Part shown: positions 28,440 through 36,216 of the stretch, piece by piece | Position numbering within the stretch: the stretch's first letter is position 1 | Layout of the letters: the number at the start of each line of letters is the position of its first letter | NCBI GenBank assembly: GCA_030527645.1 | Contig: JAUNAJ010000002.1 | Location: 21,145 to 85,144 of the forward strand | Length of the DNA: 64,000 nt | Origin: Lachnospiraceae bacterium | GTDB lineage: Bacteria; Bacillota; Clostridia; Lachnospirales; Lachnospiraceae | Reading direction: 5' to 3' | Notes under the pieces: model-generated | The model's input: the letters and a program-made list of their open reading frames with translations, nothing else | What the model was told of the DNA's origin: nothing | Database searches by the model: none | Translations under genes and position numbers: made by a program

Positions 28440-29495
28440 TCAGGCAAGGTGAAACAGGCTCTCCAGCTTATCCTCTCTCAGCTGTGCTCCGATCACACAG
28501 AGGCGTCCGGTATACTCCGGCTGTCCAATGCGGATCTCATATTCACCAGGCACCAGATCGAAATGGAACCACTCACCCTCTGTGCTTTCCACCATACCTT
28601 TAGCCCGAAGAACCACACCCATCAGTGTATCCTCATCGGAAAGCTCCTGCATGATCTCTTCCAGCTCTTCTCTCGTATATTTGCGATAGGTTTCTTTTCC
28701 CCAGCTTGTGAACACCTCATCTGCGTCATGATCGTGACCGCATCCGCAGGAATCGCCGTGGTCATGATGATGGTGATCGTGGCCGCATCCGCAGGAATCG
28801 CCGTGGTCATGATCATCATGATGGTCGTGCTCATGATGATGCTCATGATCGTGGTGATGCTCGTGCTCATGAGAAGGCTGCGTCAGATCGATCTTAACCC
28901 CTTCCATCGTCTCCAGAACCTTTTCACCACTGAGATTCTCAACCGGAGTTGTGATGATCGTAGCATCTGCGTTTAATCCGTGCAGAAGGCCTATTGCCTC
29001 ATCCACCTTTTTCTGAGTTGCTTTTTCTGTATCCATGCGGCTCAGTACGATCGTGCCTGCTGCCTCAACCTGATTCTCAAAGAACTCGCCGAAATTTTTC
29101 AGATACATCTTACATTTTGTCACATCCACAACAGTTGTGGCAGAATTCACCACAAGACCGGCCTCTTCGCTGACATTCTGAACAGCTGCGATTACATCCG
29201 TCAGCTTGCCGACACCGGATGGCTCAATAATGATACGATCCGGCTGGTACTGGGTAACTACATCCTTCAGAGCAGTTCCAAAATCACCAACCAGCGAGCA
29301 GCAGATACAGCCGGAATTCATCTCTTTAATATCGATCCCGGCTTCTTTGAGGAATCCTCCGTCAATACCGATCTCGCCGAATTCATTCTCAATAAGAACA
29401 ACCTTCTGACCCTTCAGCGCATCAGCCAGAAGCTTCTTAATTAATGTGGTTTTTCCTGCACCAAGAAAACCTGAAATAATATCAATCTTAGTCAT
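28440..29495 (-). CDS. CobW/COG0523-family G3E GTPase metallochaperone with His/Cys-rich insert
   Basis: 351 aa. Walker A ISGFLGAGKTTLI, signature SGCICCSL (GCxCC), and ExSG switch (IIIEPSGVG). The insert is HEHEHHHDHEHHHEHDHHDDHDHGDSCGCGHDHHHHDHGDSCGCGHDHDADE. A CobW C-terminal domain follows. Confidence 0.85.
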   Translation of the reverse strand: MTKIDIISGFLGAGKTTLIKKLLADALKGQKVVLIENEFGEIGIDGGFLKEAGIDIKEMNSGCICCSLVGDFGTALKDVVTQYQPDRIIIEPSGVGKLTDVIAAVQNVSEEAGLVVNSATTVVDVTKCKMYLKNFGEFFENQVEAAGTIVLSRMDTEKATQKKVDEAIGLLHGLNADATIITTPVENLSGEKVLETMEGVKIDLTQPSHEHEHHHDHEHHHEHDHHDDHDHGDSCGCGHDHHHHDHGDSCGCGHDHDADEVFTSWGKETYRKYTREELEEIMQELSDEDTLMGVVLRAKGMVESTEGEWFHFDLVPGEYEIRIGQPEYTGRLCVIGAQLREDKLESLFHLA

Positions 29496-29581
29496 GTCCG
29501 TTACCTCCTGAATACAATACTATGTAAATTAATACAAGAAACAATGTTAATATGAAATCAAATTTCTCGCTGACCGGGTGT

Positions 29582-30517
29582 TCAGCTGCCGTAAACAGTC
29601 ATTTCCGAAATGCAGCAGTCACTCCAGCTGGAACCATCATATACACTGAGAATCCGAATCTGAACAGCTGATGCTGCACATGTTTCCGAAAACTCTACAG
29701 TAAAAGTGTCCATTCCATCCGGAAAATCCAGATAAAACTCCTGATCATCCAGTGTCAGAAGGATCTGAGCCGGCCGGCCGTTGGCATAATAAAGCTGCTG
29801 ATTTCTCCAGTTACCCAGCTTAAAGGTAATATATTTTACATCATAGGTCCGGTCCAGCTGAACCTGCACCCACTCACCGATTCCATTGCCGTCAGCTGCC
29901 TCCTGCCAGGATGTAGATTCGATGCCATCCAGCATCAGACTGGCATAATGATACACACCGCTGTCCTCCAGTACAGAGGATGCCTGACTGCCTGAAACAC
30001 CGGCCGCCGCATATACTCCCTGCAAATCGGGGGTTCCCACAATCACCTCGGCTGAAACAGCGGATGTCGTCTCAGGCACATAGTCAGAGTACTCTTCAGT
30101 CCCGCCGATTTCAACAGAGCTGTCTTCCTCTTCGTCCTGTTCCGCCTCTACCTGAACCGTCTTGTCACTGAGTCCGGAGCCCACATCAATCTCTGCCTCC
30201 TGATTCAGCATCCTTGATACCACGATCCACAGACCGACACCGACAATGCAGATCAATAATGCAAGAACCACACCAACCACAACAGTTCTGCGGTTTTCGC
30301 GGGAATATTTCTCTTCCTCCTCGGAATCATAGCCTTCATCATCCCAGGATTCAACCTGTTCCGACAGCTGCTCTTCCGTATCCTTTACAGGCTCATAAAT
30401 CCTTGTGTCTGAGAAATCTGTCGGGGTGATTTTCTGGAGATTGCCGCCGCAATTCTGACAGAACCTTGCTGTATCAGAAACTGCATTCCTGCAATAAGGA
30501 CATATACGCATTCGCAT
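29582..30517 (-). CDS. zinc-ribbon / single-TM / extracellular discoidin-like (glycan-binding-type) domain protein
   Basis: 311 aa. N-terminal CPYCRN...CQNCG zinc ribbon and a TM helix VVVGVVLALLICIVGVGLWIVV. The C-terminal ~150 aa (DGIESTSWQEA..GEWVQVQLDRTY.V..ITFKLGNW...SWSDCCISEMTVYG) resemble F5/8-type-C / NADase-type glycan-binding domains. Confidence 0.55.
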   Translation of the reverse strand: MRMRICPYCRNAVSDTARFCQNCGGNLQKITPTDFSDTRIYEPVKDTEEQLSEQVESWDDEGYDSEEEEKYSRENRRTVVVGVVLALLICIVGVGLWIVVSRMLNQEAEIDVGSGLSDKTVQVEAEQDEEEDSSVEIGGTEEYSDYVPETTSAVSAEVIVGTPDLQGVYAAAGVSGSQASSVLEDSGVYHYASLMLDGIESTSWQEAADGNGIGEWVQVQLDRTYDVKYITFKLGNWRNQQLYYANGRPAQILLTLDDQEFYLDFPDGMDTFTVEFSETCAASAVQIRILSVYDGSSWSDCCISEMTVYGS

Positions 30518-30571
30518 CCCTCACTTTCTTCTCATAGTTATAATACATTCCCTGTAAAAAAGCAAATAAAC

Positions 30572-30600
30572 AGAAAAAAGACATTCATACGAATGTCTTT
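30572..30600 (-). terminator. rho-independent terminator after tRNA-Lys
   Basis: AAGACATTC / GAATGTCTT stem followed by TTTTTT on the minus strand. Confidence 0.75.
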
Positions 30601-30609
30601 CCCTTTTCC

Positions 30610-30682
30610 TGCGCCCTCAGGGACTCGAACCCTGGACAAATAGATTAAGAGTCTACTGCTCTACCAACTGAGCTAAGGGCGC
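30610..30682 (-). tRNA. tRNA-Lys (anticodon CUU)
   Basis: Minus strand GCGCCCTTAGCTCAGTTGGTAGAGCAGTAGACTCTTAATCTATTTGTCCAGGGTTCGAGTCCCTGAGGGCGCA. It has a cloverleaf with a 7-bp acceptor stem and anticodon loop CUCUUAA. Confidence 0.9.
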
Positions 30683-30717
30683 ATCTGATTTATTGCCACT
30701 CCCGTGACGCAAGATTT

Positions 30718-30746
30718 ATTATAGTGTCACATCAGACAAAAATCAA
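30718..30746 (-). promoter_or_regulatory. promoter for tRNA-Lys
   Basis: Minus strand reads TTGATT (30746-30741), a 17-nt spacer, then consensus TATAAT (30723-30718). Confidence 0.55.
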
Positions 30747-30819
30747 GTACTTTTTTTATTTTTTTCAAAAAAATTTAATCTCATCGAAATCAATGATCAA
30801 AAGAGCTTTTTCAAAATAA

Positions 30820-31476
30820 TCACTCTCTGAAATCCGGCCGTGCAATGAGCTTGCAGATTTCATTGCCCTGAGAGGAAAACCGTTCCTCGTACTCCGTCAT
30901 GATATTGCCCTCATTGAGAACCTCATCATGGTGCAGATCCCATGTAAATGCATCCAGAATCCAGCCTTTTTCTTTTACAGAATCCAGTGAAAAGGAAAAC
31001 AGATCCTTGTTATCTGTTTTAAATTCAACCCGGCCCCTGCGATCCAGTATTTTTTCATAGCGCGCAAGAAAATCAGCAGATGTCAGCCGGCGCTTTGCGT
31101 GCCTGTCCTTCGGCCACGGATCTGAAAAGTTCAGATAGATCCGCTGCACCTCTTCCGCTGCAAAGACAGCCTCTAGCTCTCTCGCATCCATCCGGATCAG
31201 ACGAAAATTAGTCAGGCTCTCGCAATCCTGCTCTGCCTTCTGCACTGCTCGCAGCAGAACACTGCTGTACATCTCGATTCCTACATAGTTCACATCGGGA
31301 TTCTTTGCTGCCAGTTCCATCAGAAACCGGCCTTTTCCCATACCCACTTCGATGTGAAGCGGGTTTGTATTGCCAAACACCCGACCCCACTGTCCCCGGA
31401 ACTGTTCCGGATCATTTATAACAAAGCGGCTCTCCGCAATTACTTCTCTGGAGCCCGGTATATTTCGAAGTCTCAT
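30820..31476 (-). CDS. trmB: tRNA (guanine46-N7)-methyltransferase
   Basis: 218 aa. HIEVGMGKGRFLMELAAKNPDVNYVGIE SAM-binding motif and NFSDPWPKDRHAKRRL motif are typical of TrmB. Confidence 0.9.
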   Translation of the reverse strand: MRLRNIPGSREVIAESRFVINDPEQFRGQWGRVFGNTNPLHIEVGMGKGRFLMELAAKNPDVNYVGIEMYSSVLLRAVQKAEQDCESLTNFRLIRMDARELEAVFAAEEVQRIYLNFSDPWPKDRHAKRRLTSADFLARYEKILDRRGRVEFKTDNKDLFSFSLDSVKEKGWILDAFTWDLHHDEVLNEGNIMTEYEERFSSQGNEICKLIARPDFRE

Positions 31477-31832
31477 ATCAAAACCCTTTCTATGCTATAT
31501 ACAGACCACACATACTGGTCTGACCTTTGTTGCCATTACACAACGCCTGTAGATGTATGCGCCTCGCCGACCGTAGGGAACTTCCGGCGAGCAGGCACAT
31601 GGAATATCTCCAGTTTACATCAGAATCGGGCAAAAGAAAAGGCGATCCCAAACGTAAAACTGTCTGTTTTTTCACGGAATTGCGCCTGTGTATATCAAGT
31701 TGTTCATTCAATTTTTCTCCTTATCTGATTTTGACATTGTCAACAATTCAGAATCATTTTTTCAAAAAGAATGAAATTTAGTCAGGTTTTCCAAAAAATA
31801 TGTTTGGAAAACCTTTATGTAAACCGATTCAG

Positions 31833-31936
31833 TTATCCACTTTTTTGTGTGTTTTGTGGATAACTTGGGGGATAACTGCATTTTATCGTTTTTTTTGCCT
31901 TTTCGTTTGTGGATAACTTTTCCACTTTCTTCCACA
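31833..31936. promoter_or_regulatory. DnaA-box cluster (non-oriC context)
   Basis: Two perfect boxes TGTGGATAA lie at 31855-31863 and 31908-31916. TTATCCACt (8/9) is at 31833-31841. Two 7/9 matches are gggGGATAA at 31867-31875 and TcTTCCACA at 31928-31936. The consensus is TTATCCACA. Confidence 0.6.
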
Positions 31937-32072
31937 TTCATTCACACGAACATAATTTTTGTGCAGTTTTTCAACACATTTTCTCCTTGACAGAAAATCC
32001 CGACAATAAATTATCTGACAATAGCAATTGGAAAAATAAAATGAATCCGTACCTGTAACACACACTCCCGTA

Positions 32073-32125
32073 AACAGGATCAAAAAAGGGAGAAGGCTCC
32101 GCCTTCTCCCTTTTTTGATCCTGTT
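32073..32125. terminator. 25-bp perfect palindromic bidirectional terminator
   Basis: AACAGGATCAAAAAAGGGAGAAGGC-TCC-GCCTTCTCCCTTTTTTGATCCTGTT, with A/T runs inside both arms. It abuts the stop of the 32125-32772 gene. Confidence 0.8.
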
Positions 32126-32772
32126 CACGGGGATCCCAATCCCGCGATATATGCCTTGGCCGCATTTACAGCCGCTACTGCATTTTCCGTATAACAGTCC
32201 GCACCATATTCTTTCGCATCCTCAGCTGTTACGGAACCTCCTCCTATCATAAGAAACAGTTCCCGTCTTTTCATAGTCCCCCGAATTTTTCCGATAATGT
32301 GCTGAAGATCCCGATGAGCAGTCTTCAGCAGAGAGGATATACACACAATCCGTATCTCCGGATGCTCCCTCAGTGCCTGCAGAAACCTGTCAGGAGAAAC
32401 ATCGACACCCAGATCCACTACACGGAATCCCGCGCCGCGAAAATACAGAGCAACAATATTTTTTCCCACGTCATGAAGATCTCCCGAAACCGTACCGATC
32501 AGTACAGTCTCGTTCTGGGTATACAGATCTTCTCCCATTTCTGCTTCAATACTGTCAATCCCTTTTTTCATGGCTCTGGCACAGGAAAGGGTCATCACGA
32601 TCTGCTCTTCATCCTCACAAACCCTGTCCTGGATCATATCCAGTGCAGACAGGAGTCCCTTTTCAAGGAGCTCCTTCGGAGACAGACCTTCCGCCAACGC
32701 TTCTCTGATTCTTTTTTCTACCAGTCTCGGCTTCCCTTCCAGCACAGCAGCCTGAATTGCATTATAATACAT
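32125..32772 (-). CDS. cobalamin-binding corrinoid protein (B12-binding cap + Rossmann domain)
   Basis: 215 aa. DxHxxG motif in VSGDLHDVGKNIVA, SSLL and GGG motifs. N-terminal helical cap. Confidence 0.8.
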   Translation of the reverse strand: MYYNAIQAAVLEGKPRLVEKRIREALAEGLSPKELLEKGLLSALDMIQDRVCEDEEQIVMTLSCARAMKKGIDSIEAEMGEDLYTQNETVLIGTVSGDLHDVGKNIVALYFRGAGFRVVDLGVDVSPDRFLQALREHPEIRIVCISSLLKTAHRDLQHIIGKIRGTMKRRELFLMIGGGSVTAEDAKEYGADCYTENAVAAVNAAKAYIAGLGSP

Positions 32773-32801
32773 AGAACAGTTCCTCCGCCAGACCTATTCT
32801 A

Positions 32802-34397
32802 TCACCTTTCCACTGCTCTAGCAAATTCAAGTTCATCCACAAACACATCCTGGAAGGTGGCTTCGGATGCAAGTTCAATGAATTCTGCCTTTTCCGCCAG
32901 TCTGCAGGCATACGCAAACTCCCCGACATTCATAACCGCCAGCTTGGACCCTTCACCTGCTGCATTTCCGATTGGCATAATACGCTCCTTCAGGCAATAA
33001 GGGATCAAACCGATTTCGCAGGCATTCTCAGAATCCATATAGTTCCCAAATGCACCCGCAAGATATACCCGGCGGATTTCTTCAATCCGGATACCCAGAT
33101 GCTCAGCCATTAGAGTAATACCGGCTGCAATAGCACCCTTTGCAAGCTGCACTTCTCTGATATCCTTCTGACTCAGATAAATGGCTGATCCGCTTTCACT
33201 CTCTTCCTCCGGAACCAGAATGAACACCGGCTTCCCGTCTCTTTCCTGCAGCCTCCAGGCATTTCTTACAGCAATCGGATCCTCCAGGTCCTCTTCCTCC
33301 GCAAGGCCTCCGTAGTTGTCGATAAATCCGGTTCTGATCATGAACGCAAGCACATCGATCAGGCCGGATCCGCAGATTCCAACTGCCCTTCCGCCATCTA
33401 CAATTTCAAACTTCAGTTCTTCTCCCAGGACGGACAGATGACTGATCGCACCTTTAGACCCGCGCATACCGCATTCTATTTTCGCGCCTTCAAAAGCCGG
33501 TCCTGCTGCTGTAGAAGTGGTGACAAGTCGGTCTTTATTGCCCATGACCAGCTCACCATTGGTTCCTATATCAATCATCAGCGTGATCTCATCCAGCTGA
33601 TCCATGGCAACCGCCAGCATGCATCCCACCGTATCACCGCCAACAAAGCCGGCAATATTGGGGAACATCAGAATCCTGCCCTCTTCAGCTATGGTTATTC
33701 CGTAGTCTGCTGCCTTCAGGATCATTCCCTCCCGAACTGCAGGAACATAAGGAGCAAGAACCAGGGACTGCGGAGAAATTCCCATAAACAGGTGATGCAT
33801 GCAGGTATTTCCTACAACAGCAATCTGCAGAATCCGTTCTCTATCGATTCCTGTCTGCGTACAGAGCCTTCCCACCAGCTGATCCAGCGCGTTTCGTACT
33901 ACGCGCTTCATCTCATTTCCATCGTGTTCCAGCACATAGTTTGCCCTTGAAATCACATCCGCCCCGAACTGATGCTGGGGATTCATCATGCTTGTGACAG
34001 CCTTCTCTCTGCCGCTTCTTCCATCCAGCAGATAGCCTACGATCGTGGTAGTTCCGATATCAAATGCAACTGTATAAAATTCCTGATCAGGAGATCCGAC
34101 CCCCGGATCCACTGCCACCTCCCTGGTCTGCCCCTCCGTAAGAATTTTTTGGATTTTTTCCTGTGAGAGCGTATTCACCCTCATATCACAGTCTACCGGT
34201 GTCTGACACGCAAGAACCACTCCGGTATGAATACCCTCCGTAATCTCTACCCGGCATTTCCCGCAGTCTCCCTTGCCGCCGCAGGGAGCATCCGGTTCAA
34301 GACCCGCCATCTGTTCCGCAGCAAGGATCGTTGTTCCTTCTTCTACCTCCTGAACAACATTCTGAGGCAGAAACGTTACTTTGTATCGTTTTCTCAC
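32802..34397 (-). CDS. corrinoid reductive activase (RACE-type: 2Fe-2S ferredoxin domain + ASKHA ATPase)
   Basis: 531 aa. N-terminal plant-type ferredoxin cysteines (CGGKGDCGKCRV...ACQ), then ASKHA motifs (AFDIGTTTIVGYL, IDIGTNGE). This architecture matches ATP-dependent activators of corrinoid methyltransferase systems. Confidence 0.8.
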   Translation of the reverse strand: MRKRYKVTFLPQNVVQEVEEGTTILAAEQMAGLEPDAPCGGKGDCGKCRVEITEGIHTGVVLACQTPVDCDMRVNTLSQEKIQKILTEGQTREVAVDPGVGSPDQEFYTVAFDIGTTTIVGYLLDGRSGREKAVTSMMNPQHQFGADVISRANYVLEHDGNEMKRVVRNALDQLVGRLCTQTGIDRERILQIAVVGNTCMHHLFMGISPQSLVLAPYVPAVREGMILKAADYGITIAEEGRILMFPNIAGFVGGDTVGCMLAVAMDQLDEITLMIDIGTNGELVMGNKDRLVTTSTAAGPAFEGAKIECGMRGSKGAISHLSVLGEELKFEIVDGGRAVGICGSGLIDVLAFMIRTGFIDNYGGLAEEEDLEDPIAVRNAWRLQERDGKPVFILVPEEESESGSAIYLSQKDIREVQLAKGAIAAGITLMAEHLGIRIEEIRRVYLAGAFGNYMDSENACEIGLIPYCLKERIMPIGNAAGEGSKLAVMNVGEFAYACRLAEKAEFIELASEATFQDVFVDELEFARAVER

Positions 34398-34420
34398 CCT
34401 TTTACCTCCTTAAAATCCTT

Positions 34421-34463
34421 AAAACAAAAAAGAACACCCCGCCCGCATATGCGGTACGGGGTG
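34421..34463 (-). terminator. rho-independent terminator after the 34507-35142 corrinoid protein gene
   Basis: CACCCCGTACCGCAT/ATGCGGGCGGGGTG stem followed by TTCTTTTTTGTTTT on the minus strand. It splits the cluster into two transcription units. Confidence 0.7.
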
Positions 34464-34506
34464 CTTGTCGCATCAAATAAATTCTGACTTGTTGTTTGCG
34501 CCGAAA

Positions 34507-35142
34507 TTATGCAACCAGAGATTTAGCAAGCTCAGCTGCAGAAGCTGCATCCTCAGAATATCCGTCAGCGCCGATCTCATCAGCAAATGCCTGTGTGATA
34601 GGAGCTCCACCAACCATAACTTTTACATTGCTTCTCCAAGGCTGTCCGTTCACAGCTGCAACAGCATCACGCAGAGAAGGCATCGTAGTTGTAAGAAGTG
34701 CAGACAGAGCTACGATCTTTGTATCAGGATTCTCTTCAACTGCAGCAACGATCTTCTCGTTCGGAACGTCAACGCCAAGGTCAATTACCTCGAATCCTGC
34801 AGACTCGATCATCATAGCAACCAGGTTTTTTCCGATATCATGAAGGTCACCTGCAACAGTTGCGATGATAACTTTTCCGAGAGCGCCTGTAGCACCGGAA
34901 GCAAGGTGCGGTTTCAGCACCTCAACACCCATCTTCATAGCTTTTGCAGCTACCAGCATCTCAGGAACAAAGATCTCGTTGTTTTTGAACTTCTCACCAA
35001 CAACGCCCATAGCTCCGATCATACCAACGTTAAGGATTTCGGAAGGATCACATCCCTCATCCAGAGCTGCCTGAACTGCTGCGCCAACCTTTTTAGCTTT
35101 ACCTTTTTCAACTAATGCTGCTACTTCATCGATTTTAGACAT
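34507..35142 (-). CDS. cobalamin-binding corrinoid protein (MtaC/MttC/MtgC-like)
   Basis: 211 aa. VAGDLHDIGKNLVA (DxHxxG), SALLTTT and VGGAP motifs. N-terminal cap helix bundle. Confidence 0.85.
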   Translation of the reverse strand: MSKIDEVAALVEKGKAKKVGAAVQAALDEGCDPSEILNVGMIGAMGVVGEKFKNNEIFVPEMLVAAKAMKMGVEVLKPHLASGATGALGKVIIATVAGDLHDIGKNLVAMMIESAGFEVIDLGVDVPNEKIVAAVEENPDTKIVALSALLTTTMPSLRDAVAAVNGQPWRSNVKVMVGGAPITQAFADEIGADGYSEDAASAAELAKSLVA

Positions 35143-35260
35143 ATTAATTTCCTCCGTATATAAAATATGTGATATATTTACTCTCTCTTCCGCAGAGAGA
35201 GCTGCTCACGAACCTGTATAAGAATTCCGAAAGTTCCGCGTTTCAGATATTCCTATCTTA

Positions 35261-36085
35261 TTATTTAACAGGTCCGAAAAGTCCTTCTCTGTATGCGCCG
35301 ATATACTCCATGCAGTACTCATCCAGTCCCAGCATAGCCTCAGCAGCAAGAATGGTTCCAACCATATCACGGTTGGTCGGGTCAACAATTGCACTGTCCA
35401 GACCGTATTCCATACACAGAACTGTGAATGTCTGGTTCAGGATCTTACGTACAGGCAGGTTGAATGAAATATTGGAGATCGCTGCAGTAATATGAATGTC
35501 AGGGTACTCTTCACGAATGGTGGTGATTACCTCTTTGTTCATTGCAATACCATCTTCAGAGGTGCAGAGCATCTCGATCAGCGGATCAATGTGCATGCGG
35601 CTCGGAGCGATTCCATATTCTTTCGCTCTCTCCATAATGTCATGGAATACTCTCAGACGATCCTCTGCAGTTTTCGGAATACCGGTATCATCACAGCAGA
35701 GCGCTGCAACGTCCCATCCCGGATTCTCTGCAATGATCGGGAACAGAAGGTCGATCTTCTCACCTGCACCCTCCATGGATACAGAGTTGAGCAGGCCCGG
35801 TTTATTACAGAATTTGTATGCCTCTGCAAGAACTCTCGGGGATGGACTGTCTACTGCGATCGGAAGATCGGAGACTTCCTGAATGCAGTCAATCATCCAT
35901 TTCAGTGTCTCTACTTCCTCTGCTTCCGGAACGGATGCACAGCAGTCGAGAAATACTTTCTCAAAAGGTTCTGAAGCTGCTTCCTGTGCCTCTGCACGTG
36001 CTTTGATGAGATCAGCGTCTCTCTCAGCAATTGCTTTTGCAATGGAAGGAATAGAACCGTTAATTTTTTCACCAATAATAATCAT
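35261..36085 (-). CDS. pterin-binding methyltransferase (methyl-corrinoid:tetrahydrofolate methyltransferase, MtgA/MtqA/AcsE-like)
   Basis: 274 aa. IIIGEKINGS start, LDCC..., PIAVDSP, LNSVS and NISFNLP motifs of the pterin-binding (DHPS-like) TIM barrel found in MeTr-type enzymes. Confidence 0.75.
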   Translation of the reverse strand: MIIIGEKINGSIPSIAKAIAERDADLIKARAEAQEAASEPFEKVFLDCCASVPEAEEVETLKWMIDCIQEVSDLPIAVDSPSPRVLAEAYKFCNKPGLLNSVSMEGAGEKIDLLFPIIAENPGWDVAALCCDDTGIPKTAEDRLRVFHDIMERAKEYGIAPSRMHIDPLIEMLCTSEDGIAMNKEVITTIREEYPDIHITAAISNISFNLPVRKILNQTFTVLCMEYGLDSAIVDPTNRDMVGTILAAEAMLGLDEYCMEYIGAYREGLFGPVK

Positions 36086-36216
36086 GTTCAGCTACCTCCA
36101 ACTTATTTGTTCGTGCTTGGATATGTGTATTATAGCAAACCGCCCGTATTCTAAGAATCCACAGAACTATTGACTTTTGCCATCGTTTTTCCTACAATGT
36201 GTAGGAGGAGAAAAGT

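Noticed and set aside
28622-28976. Repeat-rich DNA with alternative-frame ORFs (82 aa minus, 175 aa plus). It might be taken for a small repeat array or separate genes.
   Set aside because: The repeats are in-frame His/Asp/Cys codons inside the COG0523 gene. The alternative-frame ORFs are by-products of the CAT/GAT codon periodicity.
31833-31936. Chromosomal replication origin (oriC).
   Set aside because: No dnaA/dnaN, rpmH or gyrB neighbours. Gene orientation does not switch here; genes on both sides are mainly on the minus strand. I could not find DnaA-trio repeats or a convincing 13-mer-type unwinding element. A non-origin DnaA-box cluster is the more conservative reading.
31490-32128. 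ORFs of 73 and 81 aa (minus strand), plus several 60-124-aa plus-strand ORFs, in the long trmB-upstream intergenic region.
   Set aside because: They have no RBS and an odd composition (Cys/Arg/Ser-rich). One runs straight through the 25-bp terminator palindrome and the DnaA boxes. The region is better explained as regulatory or non-coding.
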